A stretch of DNA of 64,000 bases from an uncultured Gemmatimonadales bacterium. Its GTDB lineage: Bacteria; Gemmatimonadota; Gemmatimonadetes; Longimicrobiales; Longimicrobiaceae. Location: positions 4,576,001-4,640,000 of the forward strand of contig OY970303.1 in assembly GCA_963716255.1 (NCBI GenBank). Direction: 5' to 3'. How positions within the stretch are numbered: position 1 is the first letter of the stretch; each line of letters opens with the position of its first letter. A program made the position numbers and the translations under genes. Shown piece by piece: positions 48,469 to 60,719 of the stretch. Under the pieces are notes generated by a model. The model was given only the letters and a program-made list of their open reading frames with translations. It made no database searches and was not told the DNA's origin.

Positions 48469-49863
48469 ATGCGCACATCAATCAGAGCCGTGGCCGGGGT
48501 GCTCGCCGTAGTGGGCACCCTCACCGCCTGCGACGACTACCTCACGGGTCCGGGGATCACCGACGACCCGAACCAGCCGACGCAGGCGAGCCTGGACCAG
48601 CTGTTCTACGGCAGCCAGCAGCAGCAGTACCTCTGGCACACGGGCGACCTGGCGCGCCACGCCGCCATGTGGACGCAGCAGATGGGTGGCATCGGCAACC
48701 AGACCACCTCGCTGTACCAGTACGTCGTCAACGAGCAGAACCTGAACGGCGCGTTCAGCCAGGTCTACTCGAACGGCGGGCTCATCGGGCTGCGCACGCT
48801 GCAGGCCCGCGCGGACTCGGCCAGTGACAAGACGTACTCCGGGATCGCCAAGGTGTACGAGGGCTTCCTCATGGGGATGGCGTCCTCCATGTGGGGCGCC
48901 CTCCCGTACAGCGAGGCCGTCAGCGACGCCACGCGTCCCAAGCTGGACCCGCAGGAGGAGGTGTACCGCGACGTGCAGGCGAAGCTGGACGCCGGGATCG
49001 CCGACCTGTCCGCGGGGACGGGGACCGGACCGGGCGTGTTCGACCTGTCGTTCGGGGGGAACCGTCAGCGGTGGATCGAGACCGCCTGGACGCTCAAGGC
49101 CCGCTTCTACATGCACTGGGTGGAAGCGCAGGGCGTGGCCGCCACGCAGGCGGCCGCGACCGTGGCCTGCGGCGGGAACTGCGTCAGCAAGGCGCGGGAC
49201 GCGGCGCTCAAGGGAATCACGGCCTCGGCCAACGACTTCAAGGCCGTGTTCTCGACCACGCCGAACGAGCAGAACCTCTGGTACCAGTTCATCTACGTGA
49301 ACCGCACCGGGCAGCTCGCGGCCGGCAAGACGCTGGTCGACCTGATGAACAGCCGCAACGATCCCCGGCGCGCCGCGTACTTCTCCCAGGTGGGCGGCCA
49401 GTACGTCGGCGCCACCGACCTGGGGCCGGCCAACGCGTCGCTGCTCTCCGCCGACCGGGCCAACTCGGGGTTCGACCAGCCCATGGTCACTTACGCCGAG
49501 ACCCAGCTGATCCTGGCGGAGACCAACTACCGGTTGGGCACCGAGGCTCCGGCGCTCGCGAACCTCAACGCCGCCCGTACCTCGGCGGGGCTGACGGCGC
49601 TCGGGACGGTCTCCGGGACCGGGCTGTTCACCGAGATCATGCTGGAGAAGTACATCGCGCTCTTCCAGAACCCCGAGGTCTGGAACGACTACAAGCGCAC
49701 CTGCATCCCCAACCTGGTGCCGGTGCGGGGGACCGAGGTGTACGCCCGCCTCCTGTACGGGAACACGGAGCGGAACAACAACCCCAACATCCCCGCCCCG
49801 GCAGGCCAGCCGGTGGCGAACCGCAACGATCCCAAGGCGTGCACCGGCCCGCGCGCCGCGTAG
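48469..49863 (+). CDS. susD: SusD/RagB-family lipoprotein
   Basis: LTAC lipobox, WGALPYSEA, NDPRR and EKYIALF..PEVWNDYKRT; adjacent to susC. Confidence 0.92.
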   Translation: MRTSIRAVAGVLAVVGTLTACDDYLTGPGITDDPNQPTQASLDQLFYGSQQQQYLWHTGDLARHAAMWTQQMGGIGNQTTSLYQYVVNEQNLNGAFSQVYSNGGLIGLRTLQARADSASDKTYSGIAKVYEGFLMGMASSMWGALPYSEAVSDATRPKLDPQEEVYRDVQAKLDAGIADLSAGTGTGPGVFDLSFGGNRQRWIETAWTLKARFYMHWVEAQGVAATQAAATVACGGNCVSKARDAALKGITASANDFKAVFSTTPNEQNLWYQFIYVNRTGQLAAGKTLVDLMNSRNDPRRAAYFSQVGGQYVGATDLGPANASLLSADRANSGFDQPMVTYAETQLILAETNYRLGTEAPALANLNAARTSAGLTALGTVSGTGLFTEIMLEKYIALFQNPEVWNDYKRTCIPNLVPVRGTEVYARLLYGNTERNNNPNIPAPAGQPVANRNDPKACTGPRAA

Positions 49864-49886
49864 CGCTCCACGCCGGGTAGCACCCC

Positions 49887-49925
49887 GGAAAGGGTACCCG
49901 CCCCGGTGGGGCGGGTACCCTTTCC
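49887..49925. terminator. 18-bp inverted repeat after susD
   Basis: GGAAAGGGTACCCGCCCC-ggt-GGGGCGGGTACCCTTTCC. Confidence 0.7.
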
Positions 49926-49977
49926 ACGTGATCCACGCCCGTGGACGACGGGTCCCGGGCCGTTCCACGATGCACGC

Positions 49978-50427
49978 ATGGCAACGAAGCGACCGGTCGC
50001 GGCCGCACTGCTCCTCTGTCTCCTGCTGAACGGCTGCTTCAGCTACGCCCCCGCGCAGAGCACGCCGGGCCGGGCGGCGCGCGTGCGCGTCGCGCTCGTG
50101 GCGCCGGCCGACTTCCGCCTGCTGGAGTACACGGCGAACGAGGTGGTCGTGGCCGACGGCGAAATGGTGAGCGCCGACGACCGCGAGGTCGTCCTGTCGG
50201 CCACGCGGCTCCAGGCCCGCTCGGGCTACGAGTTCGTGGGGCACGGGGAAACGATCACCATCCCGCGCAGCAACGTCGCCTCCCTGCAGCGCAAGCGGAT
50301 CGCGCCCCTGCAGTCCGCCCTCCTGGTGGGCGCGGTGGCGGCGCTCGCCGTGCTCTCCGCCCAGCTCTTCGAGGCGGCGAGGGGAGGAGACGGCGGCGGG
50401 GAGAAGCCGCCCTCGCCACCCAACTGA
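49978..50427 (+). CDS. Hypothetical lipoprotein with C-terminal TM
   Basis: LLNGC lipobox. Confidence 0.7.
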   Translation: MATKRPVAAALLLCLLLNGCFSYAPAQSTPGRAARVRVALVAPADFRLLEYTANEVVVADGEMVSADDREVVLSATRLQARSGYEFVGHGETITIPRSNVASLQRKRIAPLQSALLVGAVAALAVLSAQLFEAARGGDGGGEKPPSPPN

Positions 50428-50564
50428 CCCGGACCCGGCGGCGGTCCCGCCGGGAGTCGGCGACGCCGGCCCGTCCGCGCACCTCGCGCGGGCGGGCCGG
50501 CGTCGTCGGGGGCCGCCCGGACGGGTGGCCGATCGTGGTCCGACTCTTGCGCCCGGCCGCCGCC

Positions 50565-52574
50565 ATGGCAGACGGAAACAAGACCCTCAAGGACCGCCGC
50601 AAGAACCCCGAGCGGCGAGTCAACCGCGGCCCCGGAGGGCCGCTCGACGACCGCAAGACCCGCTTCTCGGTGGGCTACCTGGTCGTCGCCTTCCTGGCGA
50701 TCTTCGCGATCCACTACCTGCTTGCGGGGCAGGGCGCCAAACAGATCGGGTACAGCGAGTTCAAGGACAGGGTCCGCGCCGGCCAGGTCAAGGAGGTCCG
50801 CCTGGGCGGGTCGGTGATCCAGGCCGTCCCCACCGACACGGTGAAGGCCGCCGAAAAGGTGCAGACCTGGTCGGTGACGCGCACCGGGGTGGAGAACGAC
50901 GAGGCGCTGTACCCCCTGCTGGACGCCCACGGGGTGGACTACGCGGGGCTCCCCGTCAGCTGGCTCAGCGGGCTCCTGGGGTGGGTGCTCCCCTTCGCGC
51001 TGATCGCCCTGTTCTGGTTCTGGATCATCCGCCGCATGAGCCCCACGCAGGGGGTGCTGACGGTGGGGAAGAGCCGCGCCCGCATCGTGGGCGAGGAGGG
51101 GACGGGCGTGTCGTTCGACGACGTGGCGGGGGTGGACGAGGCCAAGCAGGAGCTGGTGGAGGTGGTGGAGTTCCTGCGCACCCCCGACAAGTTCGCCAAC
51201 CTGGGCGCCAAGATCCCCAAGGGCGTGCTCCTGGTGGGCCCCCCGGGTACCGGCAAGACGCTGCTGGCGCGCGCCGTGGCGGGCGAGGCCGGCGTCACCT
51301 TCTTTTCCATCTCCGGGGCCGAGTTCGTGGAGATGTTCGTGGGGGTGGGCGCCGCCCGGGTGCGCGACCTGTTCGCGCAGGCCAAGGCGCAGGCGCCCTG
51401 CATCATCTTCATCGACGAGCTGGACGCGCTGGGGAAGGCGCGCTCGCAGGGCGGGATCATGGGGGGCAACGACGAGCGCGAGCAGACGCTGAACCAGCTC
51501 CTGGTGGAGATGGACGGCTTCGACCCGCGCATGGGCGTCATCATCATGGGCGCCACCAACCGTCCCGAGATCCTGGACCCGGCGCTGCTGCGCCCCGGCC
51601 GCTTCGACCGGCAGGTGCTGGTGGACCGCCCCGACCTGAACGGCCGCTTCGCCATCCTCAAGATCCACGCGCAGGGGATCAAGCTGGGCGAGGACGTGAA
51701 CCTGGAGCGCATCGCCCGCCGCACGCCGGGGTTCGTGGGGGCCGACCTCCAGAACCTGCTCAACGAGTCCGCGCTGCTGGCCGCCCGCCGCGACAAGCCG
51801 GCGGTGACCATGCGCGAGGTGGACGACGCGGTGGACCGCATCGTCGCCGGGCTGGAAAAGAAGAACCGGCTGATCAACGACAAGGAGCGCACCATCGTCG
51901 CCTACCACGAGGCGGGGCACGCCATCGTGGCGGAGCGGGTGCCCACCGCCGACCCGGTGCACAAGATCTCCATCATCCCGCGCGGGGTGGCGGCGCTGGG
52001 CTACACCCAGCAGCTGCCCACCGAGGACCGCTACCTGCTCACCAAGCAGGAGCTGATGGACCGCATCGCCGTGCTGCTGGGCGGGCGGGTGGCGGAGGAG
52101 ATCGTCTTCAACGAGATCTCCACCGGCGCCGGCAACGACCTGGAGCGCGTCACCGACCTGGCGCGCCGCATGGTCACCGAGTACGGGATGTCGCGCGAGC
52201 TGGGGCCCATCAACTTCGCCGGCCCGCGGCGGGCGCGGTTCCTCCAGGGCACGGAGGAGGGCGGCGGCAACTACTCCGAGGAGACGGCGCGGGTGATCGA
52301 CCGCGAGATCCACGGGATCGTGGAGGGGACCTACGAGCGGGTACGCGAGATCCTCACCGCGGACCGGGAGATCCTGGAGGTGCTGTCGCGGCGGCTGCTG
52401 GAGGTGGAGGTGGTGGACGAGGGCGACCTGCGGCGCATCATGGGGCTGCCGCCGCGCACGCACGAGCCGCTGGAGGAGCGGGTGGTGGAGCCGCCCCCGC
52501 CGGGCTCGGGCGGAAACGACGTGACCGCGGTCTACCCGGCCGCGGACGAAGGTCGGGTTCCTCCGGAGGCGTGA
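50565..52574 (+). CDS. ftsH: ATP-dependent zinc metalloprotease FtsH
   Basis: Two TMs; [23 protein letters not shown] and HEAGH motifs. Confidence 0.97.
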   Translation: MADGNKTLKDRRKNPERRVNRGPGGPLDDRKTRFSVGYLVVAFLAIFAIHYLLAGQGAKQIGYSEFKDRVRAGQVKEVRLGGSVIQAVPTDTVKAAEKVQTWSVTRTGVENDEALYPLLDAHGVDYAGLPVSWLSGLLGWVLPFALIALFWFWIIRRMSPTQGVLTVGKSRARIVGEEGTGVSFDDVAGVDEAKQELVEVVEFLRTPDKFANLGAKIPKGVLLVGPPGTGKTLLARAVAGEAGVTFFSISGAEFVEMFVGVGAARVRDLFAQAKAQAPCIIFIDELDALGKARSQGGIMGGNDEREQTLNQLLVEMDGFDPRMGVIIMGATNRPEILDPALLRPGRFDRQVLVDRPDLNGRFAILKIHAQGIKLGEDVNLERIARRTPGFVGADLQNLLNESALLAARRDKPAVTMREVDDAVDRIVAGLEKKNRLINDKERTIVAYHEAGHAIVAERVPTADPVHKISIIPRGVAALGYTQQLPTEDRYLLTKQELMDRIAVLLGGRVAEEIVFNEISTGAGNDLERVTDLARRMVTEYGMSRELGPINFAGPRRARFLQGTEEGGGNYSEETARVIDREIHGIVEGTYERVREILTADREILEVLSRRLLEVEVVDEGDLRRIMGLPPRTHEPLEERVVEPPPPGSGGNDVTAVYPAADEGRVPPEA

Positions 52575-52601
52575 AGGTCTACTCGAGAACGAGGGGCGAA
52601 C

Positions 52602-52760
52602 GTGGAGCGAGAGGAGAGCGAGCGGGGGAAGAGCCCGGTGCCGGCCGACGAGCAGGACGCGCCGGAGCCGGAGCGCCCGGTGCCGGCCGACGAGAAGCGG
52701 CGTACGGACGGGCAGGAGGACAAGCCGTCGCAGGCGGAGGGCGAGCGGGATTCCGCGTGA
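52602..52760 (+). CDS. Possible small acidic hydrophilic protein (52 aa)
   Basis: GAGGGG then GTG; EREESERGKSPVPADEQ...PVPADEK...KPSQAEGERDSA; internal duplication. Confidence 0.4.
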   Translation: MEREESERGKSPVPADEQDAPEPERPVPADEKRRTDGQEDKPSQAEGERDSA

Positions 52761-52846
52761 GGTCGTGATGGCGGTGTGATAGGCGAAGTCCCTTCTCCGG
52801 GCGGGTCCGGAGGAGGGACTTCGCGTCTCCGGACGGTCGTGGGCGT

Positions 52847-53004
52847 GGGCCGCTCCGGAGCCCGGCGATACTGCTGCCGGTCTCCTGCGCGGGCTCCGGG
52901 AGCCTCGCCAAACAGCCGGCGAGTCTCCCTGCGCCGGAGTGAGCCAGCCGAAACTGCCCGGCTGTCTCCCTCCGAACCGACTTTGGGGGGTACCGCGGAA
53001 CGGC
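52847..53004 (+). repeat. Family-B modular repeat, copy 4
   Basis: Modules 2 and 3 are in swapped order relative to copy 1. Confidence 0.85.
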
Positions 53005-53118
53005 GAACGGCAGGCTGTCGTCCAGTGTGCTTGCTTGGGGCATGTTTCCGGACTACAAATTACCGGTGCGTCCGCCCTTTCCCGGCCGGGCGTCGTCCCA
53101 CCACACGAGGAGAGAACC

Positions 53119-53355
53119 ATGAGCCATCGAAAGCGGCTGTACCTCCGGAGCGTGTTCGGCGTGGCCGTGGCGGGCGTGCTCGGCTTCGGCGCCACGCAGG
53201 CGTTCGCCGATACGGCCGCGAAGATCCCTTTCCAGGCATGCCGCATCGACTACGACTGCTTCCACTCCAGCCAGTGCGGGTCCAACGGCGGGATCTGCAA
53301 CCAGGTGGACGGCTACTGCGACTGCTTCCCCGAGAACGGGCCCCTCGTCCCCTGA
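53119..53355 (+). CDS. Secreted six-cysteine peptide, 78 aa, with the same leader motif as 10416-10625
   Basis: GAGGAG RBS; ...VLGFGATQAFA; core CRIDYDCFHSSQCGSNGGICNQVDGYCDCF; hairpin at about 53393-53423. Confidence 0.8.
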   Translation: MSHRKRLYLRSVFGVAVAGVLGFGATQAFADTAAKIPFQACRIDYDCFHSSQCGSNGGICNQVDGYCDCFPENGPLVP

Positions 53356-53444
53356 GGCCGGGCGGGTCCGGCCGGGAGGGCCTGCGGCGCGAAGAGCCCG
53401 GCGTGCGTCGCACGCCGGGCTCTCCTCCGCCGGGTTTCCGGCCG

Positions 53445-54743
53445 CTATGCGCGCTCGTCCAGCAGCCCCTCCACCACTTCCGCCCCCCGCTCCGCCGCGC
53501 CCAGCCCCGCCCGCACGTACTCCCGCGCCCGCTCCCCCGCCGCGCGCCGGAGGTCTCCGTCCGCCAGCAATGCCCGCAGCCGCTGGGCCAGCTCCGCTTC
53601 GTCGGCCACCGACCAGGCGGCGCCCGCCGCGACCAGCTCGCCGGCCTCGCGCGCGTTGGCGTGCCACGGCCCGAAGAGGGCAGGAAGCCCGAACGCCGCC
53701 GGCTCCAGCACGGAGTGCAGCCCCGCCGTCCCCCATCCGCCGCCCACGTAGGCCGCGTCCCCCGCGGCGTACAGGTCGCCCAGCACGCCGACGCGGTCCA
53801 CCAGCACCACGTCCGGGGCCGGCGATCCCGCCTCCACCTCGGAGAGGCGCGCGTGGGGGAGCCCCGCGCCGGCCAGCCGGGCCTCGGAGGCGGCGAGGTG
53901 GGCGGGGGTGGGCTCGTGCGGCACCAGCACCAGCCGCACCGGCCGGCCCGCGTCCATGCACGCGCGCACGGCGGGGACCAGGCGCTCCTCGTCCGCCGGC
54001 CAGGTGGAGCCGGCGACGAGCACGGGGCGGCCGGGGGCGGCGACGGCGCGCAGCAGCGGGGAGCCGCGGTCCACGCCCGCGGCGCGCTGCCACACCTGGT
54101 CGAAGCGCGCGTCGCCCATCACGCTCCGGCGCTCCGCCGGCACCCCCAGCGCGCCGAAGCGCTCGGCGTCCGCCGCGGAGATGGCGGCGACGTGGTCCAG
54201 CCGCCCGTACGCCGGCGCGAGCAGCGCCCGGGCGGCGCCGGACAGGCGGCTGGACGATTCGGGCAGGGTGCCGCTGAGCATCGCCAGTCGCACGCCGTGC
54301 CGCGCGGCCTCGCGCGTGAGCACCGGCCACACGTCCGTCTTGGAAAAGGCGAGCACGTGCGGGCGCAGCGTTTCCAGCGCGCGGCGCACGTCGCCGGGGC
54401 GGTCGTACGGCAGGTAGTCGACGAAGTCGGCGGGGACGCCCATGGCGAAGCGCTCCGCCGAGGGCGAGAAGAAGGTGTACACTACGTGCGCGTCCGGCCG
54501 GCGGGCGCGCAGCGCCTCCACCACGGCGCGGGCCTGGAGCCCCTCCCCCACGCTGGGTGCGTGGAACCACACCAGGTCGCGCGCGGGGTCGCGCTCGGTG
54601 ATCGCCCACGCTTCCATGCGGTCCAGCACGTTGCGCCGCCCGCGCACCCCCTGCGCGAGCTTGCCCTGGCCGCGCGCCAGCAGCGGCAGTGCGGGGGAGG
54701 CGGCGCGCAGCGCCGCGACGTAGAGCGATTCGAGGAGCGACAT
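53445..54743 (-). CDS. waaA: 3-deoxy-D-manno-octulosonate (Kdo) transferase
   Basis: WFHAPSVGE, YLPYD, GDARFD, AGSTW and AYVGGG...HSVLEPA motifs. Confidence 0.92.
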   Translation of the reverse strand: MSLLESLYVAALRAASPALPLLARGQGKLAQGVRGRRNVLDRMEAWAITERDPARDLVWFHAPSVGEGLQARAVVEALRARRPDAHVVYTFFSPSAERFAMGVPADFVDYLPYDRPGDVRRALETLRPHVLAFSKTDVWPVLTREAARHGVRLAMLSGTLPESSSRLSGAARALLAPAYGRLDHVAAISAADAERFGALGVPAERRSVMGDARFDQVWQRAAGVDRGSPLLRAVAAPGRPVLVAGSTWPADEERLVPAVRACMDAGRPVRLVLVPHEPTPAHLAASEARLAGAGLPHARLSEVEAGSPAPDVVLVDRVGVLGDLYAAGDAAYVGGGWGTAGLHSVLEPAAFGLPALFGPWHANAREAGELVAAGAAWSVADEAELAQRLRALLADGDLRRAAGERAREYVRAGLGAAERGAEVVEGLLDERA

Positions 54744-54901
54744 GCGGAGAAGCTACCCGCCGCGCGGAGGGGACGGAAGCCCGGCCCCCACCAGGCGGCC
54801 TGAGAGCCGCCACCCTCCCCCGTGCCGGGGGAGGGGAATCTCCATGCTGACGACCCTCACCCACCGGCGTGTCGTGCTCGCCGTAAACCTGGGGTGCCGT
54901 T

Positions 54902-55063
54902 GCCGTTCCGCAGTACCCCTCGAATCTTCTGCGGAGGGAGACTCGCGCGGTCGTTTGCGCGAGGCTCACGGAGCCGGAGCGGAGACAGCCGGGCGGTTTC
55001 GGCTGGCTCCGCGACCCGCGTAGGAAACAGGCCGGCAGTTTTGGCCTGGTTCCGGAGCGGCCC
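54902..55063 (-). repeat. Family-B modular repeat, copy 5
   Basis: Reverse complement GGGCCGCTCC...three AAAC-loop modules...GGTACTGCGGAACGGC. Confidence 0.82.
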
Positions 55064-55174
55064 CACACCCAGAACCCGTGTCCACGGATCCACGGTGACG
55101 GCCCCTGAAATGCAAGCGTCCACAACCCGCTCGTGCCGCTTACGTTGGAGGCTCCACTTCGGTATACTTTCGGC

Positions 55175-58042
<2,868 letters not shown>

Positions 58043-58094
58043 GTCCTCCGGGTGGGGGCGGAGCCTCCTGTCTACCGGACGGTCTCCCGGCGCA

Positions 58095-60128
58095 TCACAG
58101 CTCGTTGAGGATGTTGCGCATGACGGCCTGCAGGTGAGCGTCCTGCACCAGGCTTCCGCAGAAGGAGATGGAGCCGGCGCTGAATACCCACCCGCCGTTT
58201 GCCGCGTCGTAGTACGTCATGTCCGCGCCGTAGGCGTGTCCGCCGTCGACGTTGGTGCCGCGCGCCAGCAGCTGCAGGTTGGCGGGCGGCGCGCCGCGGT
58301 CGTCGGCGGCGCTCTGCGCGCCCACGACGCCCCCCGGAGCGGCCGTGCCGGCAATGGACGTGTCCATCTCCCACCCGCTGGCGCCTCCGCCGTTCAGGCC
58401 GGCGCCGCCGATCAGCGCGCCGTTCGTCAGCCCCGTCCCCGCGAAGAAGCGGTGTCCGGCATCCACGACCCGGAACGGGGCGAAGGTCATGTAGTTGTCG
58501 TACCGGTACGCGACGCCCAGCAGGCTCCGCTCCGGGCGTGGCGGGCTGAGGTTTCGAAAGTAGCAGGCGGCCCGGTCCGTGCCGGGGTTCCCGTTGAGCA
58601 GTACCAGCGCAGTGCCGGCGGCGTCGAACGACACCTCTTCGAACATTCCGTTTCCTCCCAGGTACAGCACGTGGCCGCCCCCCTGGATGTAGGCGGCCAG
58701 CCTGTCCATCATGCCCAGCGACCAGTACTCGGGGTGGGTGGTCGCCAGCAGCGCCTTGTAGGCGGCCAGGTCCGGGATCCCATTGTGAAAGTCCAGGTCG
58801 GTGTACACGTCCGCGTGGTATCCCTCGTCCTCCAGCCATGCCAGCATCCAGAGCTCGGCCCGCGTCAGGTGGTTGATCCCGCCGTCGTCCACGGGGCTGG
58901 CCGCGGGGTTGGGACGCTGGAAGCTGAGCCTGGCGCCCGGAGGCGAGCTGTACTTGGAGCGCCCGCCCCAGCCGTTGTAGGCGTTCCAGGTGTTGGTGTT
59001 GGCCAGCACCGCGAAATCGCGCCTGACCTCACCCGGCTTCACCGCGAAGACGATGTGGAACGGGGCGCCGCCCGGGGCCGTGCACTGCGCCGAGTAGAGG
59101 CCGGAGGGCCAGTCCGCGGGGACGGTGAGGGTGAGGGTGGTGACCCATCCGCACCCGTCCTGCCACGCGTTGGCGGGAACGGGCTGCACCATGGCGCCCA
59201 CATCCACCGGGGCGCTCATGGGAATGCCCACGGAGCCGTCCGGCTGCCGCTTGAGGCGCAGCCCGGTGACCTGGAATGCGGTGCTCGACGAAACCTTGAA
59301 CTCCAGGGTCTGTCCCGGCGCCGCGGACAGCGGAGTACAGTACCCTTCCAGCGTCGAAGTGGGCAGCGGCTGGATGAGCCAGCCGCTGCCGATGGTCCGG
59401 CCACTTCCACCGTGGGCCCACGACGCCGTTCCGTTCTGCGCCAGGTCGCGGTAGTACATCAGAAAGCCGTCGGGCGTGATGGCATGGATGATTCCCGTGC
59501 CACCGGAGAATACCTCCGTGAACGTGTGCCAGCCGCTGCCGATCATCTGCCCGGTTCCTCCGAATGCCCACCGGGCCGTGCCGTCGTGCGCAAGGTCGCG
59601 GTAGAAGAGCAGGTCGCCATTCTTCGCGACGGCGTAGATGATCCCGCCTCCGCCGGAAAACACGTGCAGGAAGTCCTGCCACCCGTTCCCGATGCGCTGG
59701 CCAGTCCCGCCGAACGCCCATCTCGCCGTGCCGTCGCGCGCAAGGTCGCGGTAAAAGAGCAGGTCCCCGTTCTTCGCGACTGCGTAGATGATCCCGCCTC
59801 CGCCGGAAAACACGTGCAGGAAGTCCTGCCACCCGTTCCCGATGCGCTGGCCGGTCCCGCCGAACGCCCAGCTCGCGGTGCCGTCGCGGGCCAGGTCGCG
59901 GTAGAAGAGCAGGTCGCCGTTGTGCGCGATGGCGTAGAGGATCCCGTCTCCGCCCGAGAACACGTGCAGGAAGTCCTGCCACCCGGTTCCGATGCGCTGG
60001 CCGGTTCCGCCGAACGCCCAGTTCACCGTGCCGTCGCGGGCAAGGTCGCGGTAGAAGAGCAGGTCCCCGTCCTCGGTGCCCGCGTAGATGACGCCCTGAT
60101 CGTCGCCCGTCACGAACCTGAAGCTCAT
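58095..60128 (-). CDS. Tachylectin-2-like five-repeat propeller fused to an N,N-dimethylformamidase beta-subunit-like domain
   Basis: Five 50-aa repeats ending IGxGW; then TNTWNAYNGWGG.S.Y, LSFQRP, HPEYWS and GGN motifs. Confidence 0.8.
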   Translation of the reverse strand: MSFRFVTGDDQGVIYAGTEDGDLLFYRDLARDGTVNWAFGGTGQRIGTGWQDFLHVFSGGDGILYAIAHNGDLLFYRDLARDGTASWAFGGTGQRIGNGWQDFLHVFSGGGGIIYAVAKNGDLLFYRDLARDGTARWAFGGTGQRIGNGWQDFLHVFSGGGGIIYAVAKNGDLLFYRDLAHDGTARWAFGGTGQMIGSGWHTFTEVFSGGTGIIHAITPDGFLMYYRDLAQNGTASWAHGGSGRTIGSGWLIQPLPTSTLEGYCTPLSAAPGQTLEFKVSSSTAFQVTGLRLKRQPDGSVGIPMSAPVDVGAMVQPVPANAWQDGCGWVTTLTLTVPADWPSGLYSAQCTAPGGAPFHIVFAVKPGEVRRDFAVLANTNTWNAYNGWGGRSKYSSPPGARLSFQRPNPAASPVDDGGINHLTRAELWMLAWLEDEGYHADVYTDLDFHNGIPDLAAYKALLATTHPEYWSLGMMDRLAAYIQGGGHVLYLGGNGMFEEVSFDAAGTALVLLNGNPGTDRAACYFRNLSPPRPERSLLGVAYRYDNYMTFAPFRVVDAGHRFFAGTGLTNGALIGGAGLNGGGASGWEMDTSIAGTAAPGGVVGAQSAADDRGAPPANLQLLARGTNVDGGHAYGADMTYYDAANGGWVFSAGSISFCGSLVQDAHLQAVMRNILNEL
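59370..60120 (-). repeat. Coding tandem repeat with 150-bp period
   Basis: CACGTGCAGGAAGTCCTGCC recurs at 59661, 59811 and 59961. Confidence 0.9.
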
Positions 60129-60349
60129 CGGACACCCCGCCGTCGAGAGTGGAATGGAGCGTCGCGTCTGCGAAGCGCCTGTTCGCAGCGACACGTTCCA
60201 GGATATGCCGACGGTGTGAGCGCAGCAATCAAAAACATTCGCCGGGACCGGATCGGCTCCTCGCGCGGGACGCTGCCGGGATCGGCAGTGATCCTCCCGG
60301 AAAACCTCCCCTGGCCGACTCCCCCTCGCCATCCGTTCATTCGACGTAC

Positions 60350-60378
60350 TTGACAGCGTGTTGTATTAATGCTACTAT
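60350..60378 (+). promoter_or_regulatory. Near-consensus sigma70 promoter, probably leaderless
   Basis: TTGACA-N17-TACTAT, with the ATG 7 nt downstream. Confidence 0.8.
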
Positions 60379-60385
60379 CCGCGCC

Positions 60386-60676
60386 ATGAAAGCAAAGGGC
60401 CGCTCGCAGAGCACGCGATCCGGGGACGGGTCCACCATCTACAACCGCATCCCGGTGCTCCGCGCCGAGCGGGGGCAGTCGCGGCAGGACCTGGCGGAGG
60501 CGCTGGGGGTCAACTACCAGACCATCGGCTACCTGGAGCGCGGGGACTACAACCCCAGCCTGGAGCTGGCCTTCCGCATCAGCGAGCACTTCAGCCTCCC
60601 CGTCGAGGCCATCTTCTCCCGCGACCCGTTCCGCCCCTTGAGCGAGGAAGTCTACGGCCGCGCCACCGGCAGCTGA
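60386..60676 (+). CDS. XRE-family HTH regulator
   Basis: NRIPVLRAERGQSRQDLAEALGVNYQTIGYLERGDYNPSLELA. Confidence 0.92.
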   Translation: MKAKGRSQSTRSGDGSTIYNRIPVLRAERGQSRQDLAEALGVNYQTIGYLERGDYNPSLELAFRISEHFSLPVEAIFSRDPFRPLSEEVYGRATGS

Positions 60677-60719
60677 CCCGCGCGACTTGCCTCCACCACC
60701 CGACCCCGTAGAACCACCC

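Noticed and set aside
55072..55083. GAACCCGTGTCC as a LexA box for uvrA
   Set aside because: One mismatch, about 90 nt upstream of the likely start site, and the LexA motif of this lineage is unknown to me.
59370..60120. 150-bp periodic DNA as a CRISPR or non-coding array
   Set aside because: In-frame coding repeats without unique spacers.
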